In this document: one piece after another, positions 1 through 9,700 of the stretch
Layout of the letters: each line of letters starts with the position of its first letter
Position numbering within the stretch: the stretch's first letter is position 1
Virus record (IMG/VR): IMGVR_UViG_3300020603_000009
Direction: 5' to 3' (one strand)
Origin: an uncultured virus (IMG/VR IMGVR_UViG_3300020603_000009)
Taxonomy: Duplodnaviria; Heunggongvirae; Uroviricota; Caudoviricetes
DNA: 20,000 bases
Notes under the pieces: model-generated
The model's input: only the letters and a program-made list of their open reading frames with translations
What the model was told of the DNA's origin: nothing
Database searches by the model: none
Made by a program: the position numbers and the translations under genes

Positions 1-3000
1 ATTAAATTCGGTTATTGTTCCAAAGAATTTTATCATTTCTTCGGAAATTGTTTGATACATACTCTTTTCAAGAGCAAAATAATAATTTACCGGTCTTGAT
101 TCTCGCGTAAATATTTCATCGTCTTGATTTAATATATTTATTAAATCAGAATTCATCATATTTTCTGGTAATCTATGTTTCGCAATAGAAATATAACCAC
201 TTTCTACCATATCATTATTATTTCTAAAAAAGAAATCACCAACACCGGTATAAGTTTTATTTGCTATTTGCCCGATTAATCCATAGTTGTTTGTCAAAGA
301 ACCGCTAGATACATCTAAAACTGTAAATTTGGCGTCAAATGAATTTGTTGGACCTACTCCAGTTCCATTATCAGAGCCACTTACAAGATTAAAATCCCAA
401 TGTAAAGCAAGGGTTTTATGTTGTGGTAGTTCATTTAAACCGCCGCTGTAAAGAGTTTCTATATTTGATATTGGAGAACTTTGTCCGAATATTAACGGAT
501 CTTTCGCATGCTGTTTTATAATGTCGTTTTCAAGATAAGAAAGCCAATATCTAACACTTGATAGTTTTATATCGCTATTTTGTAATATAGAACCGGTAAA
601 GTTTTGTCGATGACTACCAGCATATATTCTTTTTGAATCAGCAAAATAATTTTCTGCTATTGCTTCTGGTACTGAAGCTGTTAAATATATTTCTTGTTGT
701 ATGAAGTCTTGAATTGTGTTTATAGCATAAAATTCAAATATATAATCTCCAACATCGGCACCAATAACCTTTAAGCTGTTTGGATATTTTTCATGCTTTA
801 ATTTAACAGCAATATTCCATTTTTGATTTGTATATAAATCTTTTATAAAAGATGAAGTTAAATTAATTCCCAAGTAAGAAGATGTTAATTGGAAATAGCC
901 ATCACTTGAATCCATATCTGGCTTAATAATATAAATTTGTAAACTCGATAAGTCTGAGCCGTTCCAAGTTGTATCGCCGGGAGAAGATGGATTCGCAGAG
1001 TGAACACCAAGAACAGAAGAAGTTAAAAAGTTTTTTGGAAAATAAAATTTTTCAGATGGAGAAAAATTTAGTGGCACAACTATTTCTGCTTCTAATGTTG
1101 AGCCATAATATGATAATTGTGAGTCTCCAAGTATAAACGAAGTTGAATTAGCATCAACACTTGATGTCATCTGATAGATGGTGCCTTGAACTCTGTCTTG
1201 ATCGTTAAAATTTATAAGTTTTTTCTTATAATATGTGTTTAAAAATCTATCATCAAAAGTATAAACAGAATCATTCGAATATATATTAAGTTTTATTAAT
1301 TCTTCATCAACACCAAAACACCTCAATAAATTTCTTATTGATTTTTCTGTTCCTTTTGATTTTTGAATATAAGATAGATTGTTATAAATGTTTTGATATA
1401 TATGATTTTTTATATTAAACAATCTTTCTTCATACAAAACATTTTCATTTCTATTGCCAAGATTTTCTAATATACTTGAATTTGTAAACAAATCTTGTGT
1501 CATGAAACCCATAGATTCAAGAAGTTTCATCGCATATGGAAAAGCTCTTCCATTTCTATAAGATACTTTTTTTATTGAGGGCAGATATTTTATTTTAATA
1601 AACAATTCATCAAAATATGAGCCAATTATTTGAGTTAATTCATATAATTTATTACTATCATTTTTTTGATCGTCTTCAACTATCCAAGCCGGGACAGTAT
1701 AATAAATCATAGAACTATTGTTATTATCGTGTAATGTTCCCAGTTCTTGTTTTTCTATCAATAATGATTGAACATCCGGATGAGTTAGATAGATAACTGG
1801 ATCTTTAAATTCTTTTGGTGCAGCAGAAGATTCGACAATTGCCGAATTTGTTGAACGACTTCCAGAAATATATCCAGTCCAAAATCCATTAGAAAATCTA
1901 CCAGAATAATCTAAAATTTTATTGTCGTATCTTGTATCTGTTGAGGTTGTATCGTAAATTCCTTCATTAAATTTATAATATACACCAAGATCAGTATTGG
2001 CTGTGTCTGTATTTGTTCCACCATTAACATCGGTAAACCAGAAACGAGAAATTTCTTTCTCTGTTCTTTTTGATTTCCAATATCTAAACTCATCTAACGA
2101 ACCAGATAGTTTACCATAACCTAAGTCAGCATTTCCACCACTGACAGCAGTTCCAAGAGATCCTATATAACCAAGCATTGGACCATATACCCTTGATATT
2201 GAACTACCTGTTATAACTTTTTCATTCAATATTCCGTCTAAGAAAAGCTTAAACTCTATATTACTTCCACTATTTATTGCTGACAAAGAATAATGGTGCC
2301 AACTACCACTACAAATATTTAAATTTTGTCCTATAGGAAATTGTGAAATTCCATCAGAACCAGAAGACATTTCGATAAAAAATTCGTTTTCTTCGCCACT
2401 TATTCCTGGATGTATTTCTAATCTAAATCTTCCATAATCACTTCCAAAACTACTGCTATTCCAAAGATCAAATACAACTTGTTTAGAACTACCACTAAGA
2501 TTATTTTTCTTTAACCAAAATTCAACAGTTATTCCGTTGTCTCCGTCTAAAAGTAAATTACTTTCTCTATTTTCATTTGCGTCTAAAATATTAGATGTTC
2601 CAAATAACTTGGAAACTTTAAATGAATCTAAATTTTGTGCTGTATTTGGACCACCTTTTATTGATATATATTCTTTATTGGCTGGATTAGAATAATTGTC
2701 TGTTGATACTGATGATGTTGCTCCGTAAACAAATCCAAGATTTATATAGCCATTATTTCTTGGATATTCATTATCGAAAATATAATTTTGTAAATCAGAA
2801 GAGTTTTTTACCCATTTTAATTTTTCTGCCGAACTTCCATCATAGGGATATTTCTTGGCTATCGATTCTATGGCATCTGTATAATATTTGTTTGCTGAAC
2901 CGAAAAAAGCAAAATTTTTAGGATCAGTATAATCGATTTCGGGTTTTATTAATTTTCGTTCTTCTAATTCTTGAACAATATATTCAGTCGACTCTACATC

Positions 3001-3075
3001 TTTAGATAAATCTTCAAAATTAGTAGAAGTTAGAATTTTTGTTGATTTCTTGCCGAATAAATCTTTTAAAGACAT
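1..3075 (-). CDS. Large baseplate wedge protein (T4 gp7 / P2 gpI-like motif) with two LamG/concanavalin A-like domains; 3' end outside the window (>1,025 aa)
   Basis: Not in the ORF track. Translated by hand: ATG at 3075 (TAATG overlap with the upstream stop), MSLKDLFGKKSTK..., no stop down to base 1. LamG-like signatures ITVEFWLK...WHHYSLS...KLFLDG...GSLDEFRYW...YYKFNEG (~2530-1950) and a second copy TLEAEI...KWNIAVKL...SSVRYW...LHWDF (~1100-385). Between them IYNNLSYIQKSKGTEKSIRNLLRCFG (KGT at 1348-1356), typical of gp7/gpI wedge proteins. Confidence 0.8.
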   Translation of the reverse strand, partial: MSLKDLFGKKSTKILTSTNFEDLSKDVESTEYIVQELEERKLIKPEIDYTDPKNFAFFGSANKYYTDAIESIAKKYPYDGSSAEKLKWVKNSSDLQNYIFDNEYPRNNGYINLGFVYGATSSVSTDNYSNPANKEYISIKGGPNTAQNLDSFKVSKLFGTSNILDANENRESNLLLDGDNGITVEFWLKKNNLSGSSKQVVFDLWNSSSFGSDYGRFRLEIHPGISGEENEFFIEMSSGSDGISQFPIGQNLNICSGSWHHYSLSAINSGSNIEFKLFLDGILNEKVITGSSISRVYGPMLGYIGSLGTAVSGGNADLGYGKLSGSLDEFRYWKSKRTEKEISRFWFTDVNGGTNTDTANTDLGVYYKFNEGIYDTTSTDTRYDNKILDYSGRFSNGFWTGYISGSRSTNSAIVESSAAPKEFKDPVIYLTHPDVQSLLIEKQELGTLHDNNNSSMIYYTVPAWIVEDDQKNDSNKLYELTQIIGSYFDELFIKIKYLPSIKKVSYRNGRAFPYAMKLLESMGFMTQDLFTNSSILENLGNRNENVLYEERLFNIKNHIYQNIYNNLSYIQKSKGTEKSIRNLLRCFGVDEELIKLNIYSNDSVYTFDDRFLNTYYKKKLINFNDQDRVQGTIYQMTSSVDANSTSFILGDSQLSYYGSTLEAEIVVPLNFSPSEKFYFPKNFLTSSVLGVHSANPSSPGDTTWNGSDLSSLQIYIIKPDMDSSDGYFQLTSSYLGINLTSSFIKDLYTNQKWNIAVKLKHEKYPNSLKVIGADVGDYIFEFYAINTIQDFIQQEIYLTASVPEAIAENYFADSKRIYAGSHRQNFTGSILQNSDIKLSSVRYWLSYLENDIIKQHAKDPLIFGQSSPISNIETLYSGGLNELPQHKTLALHWDFNLVSGSDNGTGVGPTNSFDAKFTVLDVSSGSLTNNYGLIGQIANKTYTGVGDFFFRNNNDMVESGYISIAKHRLPENMMNSDLINILNQDDEIFTRESRPVNYYFALEKSMYQTISEEMIKFFGTITEFN

Positions 3076-4499
3076 TATTTATCAACCCTAAATTTAAATG
3101 ATTCTTTTGCTTCATAAAACGAACCATTATATTCGAAACCAAATGATAACTTATAAGCGTAGCCCGGTTCAAATAAATTCATATCAAGATCAAAATAGTT
3201 TCCTTCACTATCATAGGAAGTTAGAGTGTGCTTATATGTTCCCGTACCATATGAAATAACTTCATAGTTATCAGCCAATCTAATGATCTTATAATATAAA
3301 TTTTCTATATTTGTTTTTTCTGATTCATATGCGGCAATATGATAAATATTGGAATCCCACATTTTATTTTTTATTTCAACTCTCATTTTAGAGAACTCAG
3401 AATTTCTATAACTTTGTCTTAATTGTGGCATCGACAAAATATATTCCGGAACTTGGCTATCATCCGAACCGTCATATGTATTTGTATATATTACTGAACC
3501 AGTATATAATTGATTGCCACTAAGATTTGACCAAACATCATAAATGTGTTCATAATTTCCGCTCAATCCAACAGAAGCAGTATAAACTCCAGTTGAATAA
3601 TATCCACCAGTTATAACTGTAGCCGAACCATTTAATAAAGCTAAAGGAATACCTGTTGGACCACTTGTTATTGTTCCAGTATATAAACTAACTAATAATG
3701 TTCCAGTTCCAACAGAAGGAATGTTTTTAAGTTGTCCTCTAACACTGTTAACTAAAAATAATGTATTTAAATTATCTTGTGATGACAACAAATCGCTACT
3801 TAAATAAAAATTATTTCTCTTATCTTTAATTGCCGAATTACTTCGAACTTCTATCCAAGGTTTTTTATAAAAAAATTCACTTCTTCTGGCAAAAAACTTT
3901 TTAACATAATAAGATTCTGTGTCTCCCTCAAGCAACGAGGAGAGCGATATTAAGAAGCCGTTATTTGGAATTGAATTAGATATCCAATTTTCTACAAAAT
4001 TAGTTATATCAACTTCTAAGTCGTCAGTTGAGTTTTCTATTAAATACTCTAAAGAAGAACTATAAGTATCTCCACCTTGATTTACCCAAGCTGATGTTGA
4101 AGAAGCACTAATCCAATTTGCCGCTCCAATATCAGTATAACCTTCCATATCTAAGCCAATACCTTCTTGCCAAGTTCCGGAAACAGCAGCAATCGCAACA
4201 GTTATATTATCTGGAGTGGGATCGCTGTGTGAAGCATTGCTTAGTTTTAATATAAATTGACAACTTCCACTTGCGGCAATTATTTTATTATTTCTATCCG
4301 AAACTATATCTGATATTGGAAACTGAACCAATGCTCTTGCTTTTTCATAAGAACTACTCGTTATTTGGCCATATATAGAAAATATTTCTAAAGTGTCAGA
4401 AGCTCCCATATTTGAAAGGGTGCCTCGACTTGTCTGATTCTGCTTATAGGCATCAGTTATAGTTGTATCTTTTTCTGCTATGTATCTTTTAATAGACAT
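3075..4499 (-). CDS. DNRLRE-domain virion/baseplate-associated protein (474 aa)
   Basis: AEKDTTI...SNMGASDTLEI...ARALVQFPIS, then W-x-E-G, NW and DITNFVENW...NNGFLI...KPWIEV fit the DNRLRE beta-sandwich pattern; C-terminal half is beta-rich. ATG at 4499 overlaps the upstream TGA (TGATG). Confidence 0.7.
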   Translation of the reverse strand: MSIKRYIAEKDTTITDAYKQNQTSRGTLSNMGASDTLEIFSIYGQITSSSYEKARALVQFPISDIVSDRNNKIIAASGSCQFILKLSNASHSDPTPDNITVAIAAVSGTWQEGIGLDMEGYTDIGAANWISASSTSAWVNQGGDTYSSSLEYLIENSTDDLEVDITNFVENWISNSIPNNGFLISLSSLLEGDTESYYVKKFFARRSEFFYKKPWIEVRSNSAIKDKRNNFYLSSDLLSSQDNLNTLFLVNSVRGQLKNIPSVGTGTLLVSLYTGTITSGPTGIPLALLNGSATVITGGYYSTGVYTASVGLSGNYEHIYDVWSNLSGNQLYTGSVIYTNTYDGSDDSQVPEYILSMPQLRQSYRNSEFSKMRVEIKNKMWDSNIYHIAAYESEKTNIENLYYKIIRLADNYEVISYGTGTYKHTLTSYDSEGNYFDLDMNLFEPGYAYKLSFGFEYNGSFYEAKESFKFRVDK

Positions 4500-6301
4500 C
4501 AACTAATTTCTCCATATATATCAGAATTTAAAAATCTTATTTCAAATATAACATTTTTTGGCGCTTCTATGTATCTTCCGTCTCTAGACATAAATCTGTT
4601 TACATCAAAAAATACATCAGAGTAATTTAAGCCATTTTTTTGTTCTACTTTAACATTTTTGACATCGTTTACGCCTTGAACATTTTTTAATATAGTGTAA
4701 ACATCACTTATAAAGAATGCTTCCCCAATAAATTTTGTTTTAGAATATTCTCTTTGAAGAGCAGAAATACAATCTCTTAAAACTTGAGAATTGTCTGCTT
4801 CTAAATCTGAAACAACACTAAATTTAATTGATAAATTAACAATTTTAGCGTCCAAAATATCAATTGTATCATTTATCATCTTGTTTTTATTGAGCCAAAC
4901 TTTTATGTTTTCTTTAATAGATTGATTGCTGTTTGTTAGTGTGCCAGCTGAATCTTCTGATACAACATAAATATTTATATTTCTTTTAAAAGAATCATAA
5001 TCTCTAACTATTGAAGATCTTTTTATGCTGCCAAATTCCGGTGGCATATTATAAATGAGTGCTTCATAATCTTTTTCCGTTACGGCTCTATTCTGAGAAC
5101 CAAAGGTATTATAAACTCTAAATTTAAGTTCTTCTGAATTTATAAGTGGAGTATCACCGACTATTGGCTCTTCGTTATTTACTTCAAGCGAAGCACGAAC
5201 AGAGTTTATTTTTGTTGTATCAAGACTTCTTGCGTCTCCAAAATCAAACAAAGCACTGCCAACAGAAACTAAAGTCCCAGCTCCAGTATTAACGTTATCT
5301 GAATTGTTTGCGCGAGCAATAATCCTTAAAGTGGTATTAGATGGAACAACGCCGAGTTTATCTGATCTTATAAGATTATTTGGATCAAAGTCTCGATCTG
5401 AGATGTAGTTTTTTCCATATATTTCCAACGAAACTGCTGATGGATCAATTAATTCAGAATTATAAGTTTCACCTGTGGCATCGCCAGTTCCAAATTGTAA
5501 AAATGTTTTATTTTTTTCTCTTACAGTTATAAATCTTCTTGGAACGGAAAATGGTTTTAATATACTTTTAACTTCTGTATTACTATCATTATTATCTCTA
5601 TTCAATATAGAGCGATAAACGATATCTTGACTTAAATAATCAACTTCATAATATTCATTACCATCTAAGTCGACAACTGATACTATTTCAGTTAGATAAT
5701 CAATATTTACGGGTATTTTTAAAAATCTTTGATATTCGCCAACATCATAGAATACTTGCGTTAAATATCCCGATTGAACTCTTCCGTGTGCTTTTACAGC
5801 ATAAGTTAATGGCAAACCGGTTGTTTCGTTTACTGTACCAACAACAACTTCGTTATCTGCTCTATTGAAATAAACATCATCTATAAGAGAAAAAGAAGTG
5901 CCAGTTCTATTTTTAAATACGCTATTCTTTTTTAAAATTGGCAGATAATTTTCGTCTGGGGCATTACCAGCGGCATTTGCTGGAACTAAAATAAAAAATG
6001 TTGCTACACCATGGGAAGATGGGTTTTCTGTATATTTAAATCCAAAAGGTTTTGATAGTTTAAGAATATTATCAAATTCGGATGCTGTATCTAAAAAAGT
6101 TTCATTAGCCGTATAATCTAGATAAAAAGATAAATTATCGCCCACATATGAAACTGTATCAAGCATCAAGCTTCCAAATCCAACTTCACTAAAATCCTTA
6201 TAAGTATCGGGATAATATTTTTTCGCATGCTCAACGAGAGCATCTTTTATAGATTGGAAATCTCTAGCCAAATAATCAATTGGTATGTTTTTCTTGGGCA
6301 T
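4499..6301 (-). CDS. Baseplate wedge protein, T4 gp6 / baseplate J-like (600 aa)
   Basis: IDYLARDFQSIKDAL...YKDFSE...MLDTVSYVGDNLSFYLD...ETFLDTA N-terminus and QNRAVTEKDYE motif; SD-like AGAGG upstream; follows the gp25-like gene. Confidence 0.9.
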   Translation of the reverse strand: MPKKNIPIDYLARDFQSIKDALVEHAKKYYPDTYKDFSEVGFGSLMLDTVSYVGDNLSFYLDYTANETFLDTASEFDNILKLSKPFGFKYTENPSSHGVATFFILVPANAAGNAPDENYLPILKKNSVFKNRTGTSFSLIDDVYFNRADNEVVVGTVNETTGLPLTYAVKAHGRVQSGYLTQVFYDVGEYQRFLKIPVNIDYLTEIVSVVDLDGNEYYEVDYLSQDIVYRSILNRDNNDSNTEVKSILKPFSVPRRFITVREKNKTFLQFGTGDATGETYNSELIDPSAVSLEIYGKNYISDRDFDPNNLIRSDKLGVVPSNTTLRIIARANNSDNVNTGAGTLVSVGSALFDFGDARSLDTTKINSVRASLEVNNEEPIVGDTPLINSEELKFRVYNTFGSQNRAVTEKDYEALIYNMPPEFGSIKRSSIVRDYDSFKRNINIYVVSEDSAGTLTNSNQSIKENIKVWLNKNKMINDTIDILDAKIVNLSIKFSVVSDLEADNSQVLRDCISALQREYSKTKFIGEAFFISDVYTILKNVQGVNDVKNVKVEQKNGLNYSDVFFDVNRFMSRDGRYIEAPKNVIFEIRFLNSDIYGEIS

Positions 6302-6317
6302 TAAAAAATCCTCTATT

Positions 6318-6324
6318 ATAAATA
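6318..6324 (-). promoter_or_regulatory. Candidate late promoter element TATTTAT upstream of the gp6-like gene
   Basis: Minus strand CTATTTATAATAGAGG-ATTTTTTA-ATG in the 28-nt gap; the same core recurs before other structural genes. Confidence 0.45.
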
Positions 6325-6329
6325 GAACT

Positions 6330-6719
6330 TCATGAAGTTATAATATTACCATTTGATTCTATGGTTAAATTTACACTATCCCCGAGAGGTATTATAAAAT
6401 AAGTTATTACAACACTCAGCAAGGAACCATCTATATTGGTATTTCCATAATCTATATTTCGTATGCTTATATAAGGAGCATATACTTGAATTTGATTTCT
6501 AAGTCTTTGTTCGAAATTTGTTTTCAATATAGGACTATAATTTTCAAATAGCAATCTTCTTACTCCAACTCCAAAATTGCTATCCATTATTCTTTCACCT
6601 GGATTTGTCAATAGGAGCATCAAGAAGTTTTGTTTGCTTAATGTTTTTAAATCAGAAATTAAAGTGTAGCCTTGTTCTGTTCCGAGTTTTAAAGGTAATT
6701 TTGGTCCATATCCAGCCAT
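6330..6719 (-). CDS. Baseplate protein, T4 gp25 / P2 gpW-like (129 aa)
   Basis: QNFLMLLLTNPGERIMDSNFGVGVRRLLFE is the GPW/gp25 family signature; SD-like AGGA upstream. Confidence 0.92.
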   Translation of the reverse strand: MAGYGPKLPLKLGTEQGYTLISDLKTLSKQNFLMLLLTNPGERIMDSNFGVGVRRLLFENYSPILKTNFEQRLRNQIQVYAPYISIRNIDYGNTNIDGSLLSVVITYFIIPLGDSVNLTIESNGNIITS

Positions 6720-6735
6720 ATATTATTTTCCTACA

Positions 6736-6742
6736 ATAATTA
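6736..6742 (-). promoter_or_regulatory. Candidate late promoter element TAATTAT upstream of the gp25-like gene
   Basis: Minus strand TGA-TAATTAT-TGTAGGAAAATAATAT-ATG. Confidence 0.4.
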
Positions 6743-9700
6743 TCACACTCCATATTTTTTATAGCCAGATAAATCAATACAATAATTTCTTAACTCTTCT
6801 TTGATTTTTTCATTTTCTATGTTTATATCTAGATTGTCTGAAAATTCTAGCGAAAGAAGCAATAAATCCGCCCCAAGTAAAACCATGCCTGGTATTGTTA
6901 GTGGCGGTCCAACACCTATACCTGCTGGTGGAATACCAAAAAGAGTTATTGGTAATTGCGCCAAAGAATATATTGCTAGTGGACTTAATTCTAGCGGCAA
7001 TTCTGATGGAACCGTTGGGCCACCAAAAGGATTTGGTATTTGAGAAGCAACACTCAAAGATAACTTAACAGCATTTCTTATTAACAAAGCCAAACTTATA
7101 TTTGGATCCGTCATTTGACAATAATATTGAAGAACATATATCGCGGCCTTTAAAGATATTTTTGGAATAGCATCCGCATTAAAGTCTTTAAAGTATTGAG
7201 GACTAGACATTTTTTCAAATAAATCCATCAAATCGTTTTCATTATAAATTGATAACATTTTTGTAAAAATATTATTTATTATTAATTTTCTCGTAGTTCT
7301 AAAGGAGCCAACAATTTTATCATCAGAAAGTATTTGTGCGCTTGATAATATTGTTAAATTAGAAAGTAAATTTTCATTTGTAAATATTGAATAAAATTGT
7401 TTTAATTTTTCATTACAAGAAATTTTTGTTTTTAATAAATTCGTAAGAATATTTGATTCACCTCTTTGTAATGTTGGTATTAACACTAGCATATCAGAAG
7501 CGGTATTGATACCAGCAAGACTTAGCGATTGTTCTTCTTTTATTATTGGGAAAGCATTAATAACACCAAATTTTCTTTGTCCCTCTCTCAATTGTGGACC
7601 CATAAATGGAATAGCATAAGTTTTATCATATCCATTGTTAATGGCATCTATCGTTAGGTTATTCATCCAAAATCTATTTTTTCGCTCACTATAAAGCGAA
7701 TTGAGATTTTCAGTTATTAATCCTCTGCCTTCTCTCTCATTTAAATTAAAATCAAAATTTATTGATGTTTCTGGTTTCAATTCCGTATCTGGAATGTATA
7801 CCATTCTCATTCTATAAGTTAAATCTTGATTAAAATAAGAATTTAATTCATTATTATTTGGAATAAATTCTAATAACTTTTTAAATTGACTAAATGTTTG
7901 CGCGCCAAAGCAATTAAATTGATCTTGTCTTGCGACTAAATTAAAAAATTCAGATTTAACATGCGGGACATTAATATAATGTTCTATTATTAAATTTGTT
8001 CCTGGCTTGTATTTCTTTTCTTGTTGTTCTATAAAGTTATCTACTGTGGTATTGTCTGTTGTTATTTCTTTTAAATCAGACTTAATTAAAAGTTCCGGTA
8101 TCAATATAGATAAGAAATCTTTTTCTTGTAAATTTTGATCTATATCGGCACATTTACCATCAAGTTCTATTTTGACTTTTTCATTAGTCGAAGTGAGATA
8201 AGAAAGCTTATCAAACATTACTATTAATTCGTTGTAAGCTATGTTTCTTATTTGTAATAATAATATTTGTTTATATTTATTTTTTATTTCAGAACTTAAA
8301 CAAGCGATATAATTATCTATCTTTTTCTTGTAATCTTGATTAGATGTTTTATTTGTTTCTGTATATAATTTTCCTAGATAAGAATTAATAATTTTTCTAT
8401 CTTCTTCTAAACTAGTAATTTCTGTTTTTAGTCTTTTTATTTTTCTAAATAATTTATTATTTTCTTGCTTATCTAATTCATCTGAAAATATAAAATCATG
8501 TATATAATTTACATGTTTTTCTGTTAATTCTACTAAGCTTGATTTATTTGATAAATTAGATATATAAACTATTTCGTTATATACTGTTTCAGCTATGTAT
8601 GTTGGCAGCATTAAATCGTCGATTAATTTTCTATTATATCCAAACACTCTTAGTGGAAATAATGTTCTTAAAGATATTTCAGCGCACGCTGTTCGAACAA
8701 GAGATAAAAACATGCCATCTATCAAAGAAAACTTTAATAAATTATCTTTATCTTTTAAGATATCTTGTAAATCGCTTAAGTTTGTTAAATCACTACTTCT
8801 TTGATCCATTATATCAGAAATGAATTCTTTTAATTCAATTTCTCCAAATAATCCTGGATCTACTTTTGATTCTTTTTGCTGTTTTGTTGGCTTGGGACAA
8901 AAATTAATATATTTTAATGGTGTATCAATATTCGGACTAACTATTGGCGGTAAAGAATTTCCTTGTAAAGCTTGAGATAATCCTGGAAATATTGTATCCA
9001 ACCCATTCTTCATACCAGTAATGTATTTTTCTTTTTGTAAAGAATCTAAATTAATTGGCTTTAATAATCCGTCTTCCGATATTGCTTTAGTTATTTTTTG
9101 ATATATTGAAGATAAAAATTTATCATAAGAATCACTAGCATATTGTTCAAATTCTCTGTCGAATATTGATCGATCTAATAATGAACCTTGAGAGGTATAA
9201 AGAAAATTTAAATTTCCAGTTATTGAATTTTTTAACATAGTTTTAAATTCTTCTCTAGAATTTAAAATATCTTCATACAAAGAATTTGTATCTATGTTTT
9301 GATTATCAACTTCAAAAGAAAACTTAATATCTTCTTGTGTTTGTGAGTTTCCTTGATAAATTGTTATATTATTTTCATTATTAGAAATAACACTTTGTAT
9401 TTTCCAGCTGCTCCCGGACATCGAAAGACTCATTTCTTTTTCTGATAGACTTGAGAAACCCCTTGAGCCAGTTAAAGTTATATTTAATCTTTCCGGAGTG
9501 CTATTAATTGATAAGCTATCTGAAGAGCCGTAAAAACTGTCAGAGAACAAAGCTCCATATACGAATTTTGTTTCCTCAATCTCTATTGGATCCGGTGCTC
9601 CACCCTCTACATAACCACCTTTGTTTACTAGATCTTTATATTCAGAGTTTTCATATTGTTCTGAATTTCCATCTTGTTTTAAAAATTTTGGAACTTTTCT

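Noticed and set aside
1911..2093. 60-aa minus-strand ORF in the track
   Set aside because: Out-of-frame shadow inside the 1-3075 gene, whose frame encodes the LamG motif LDEFRYW here.
6317..6324. Exact T4 late promoter TATAAATA on the plus strand
   Set aside because: Points antisense to every gene; explained as the reverse complement of the TATTTAT motif within a palindrome.
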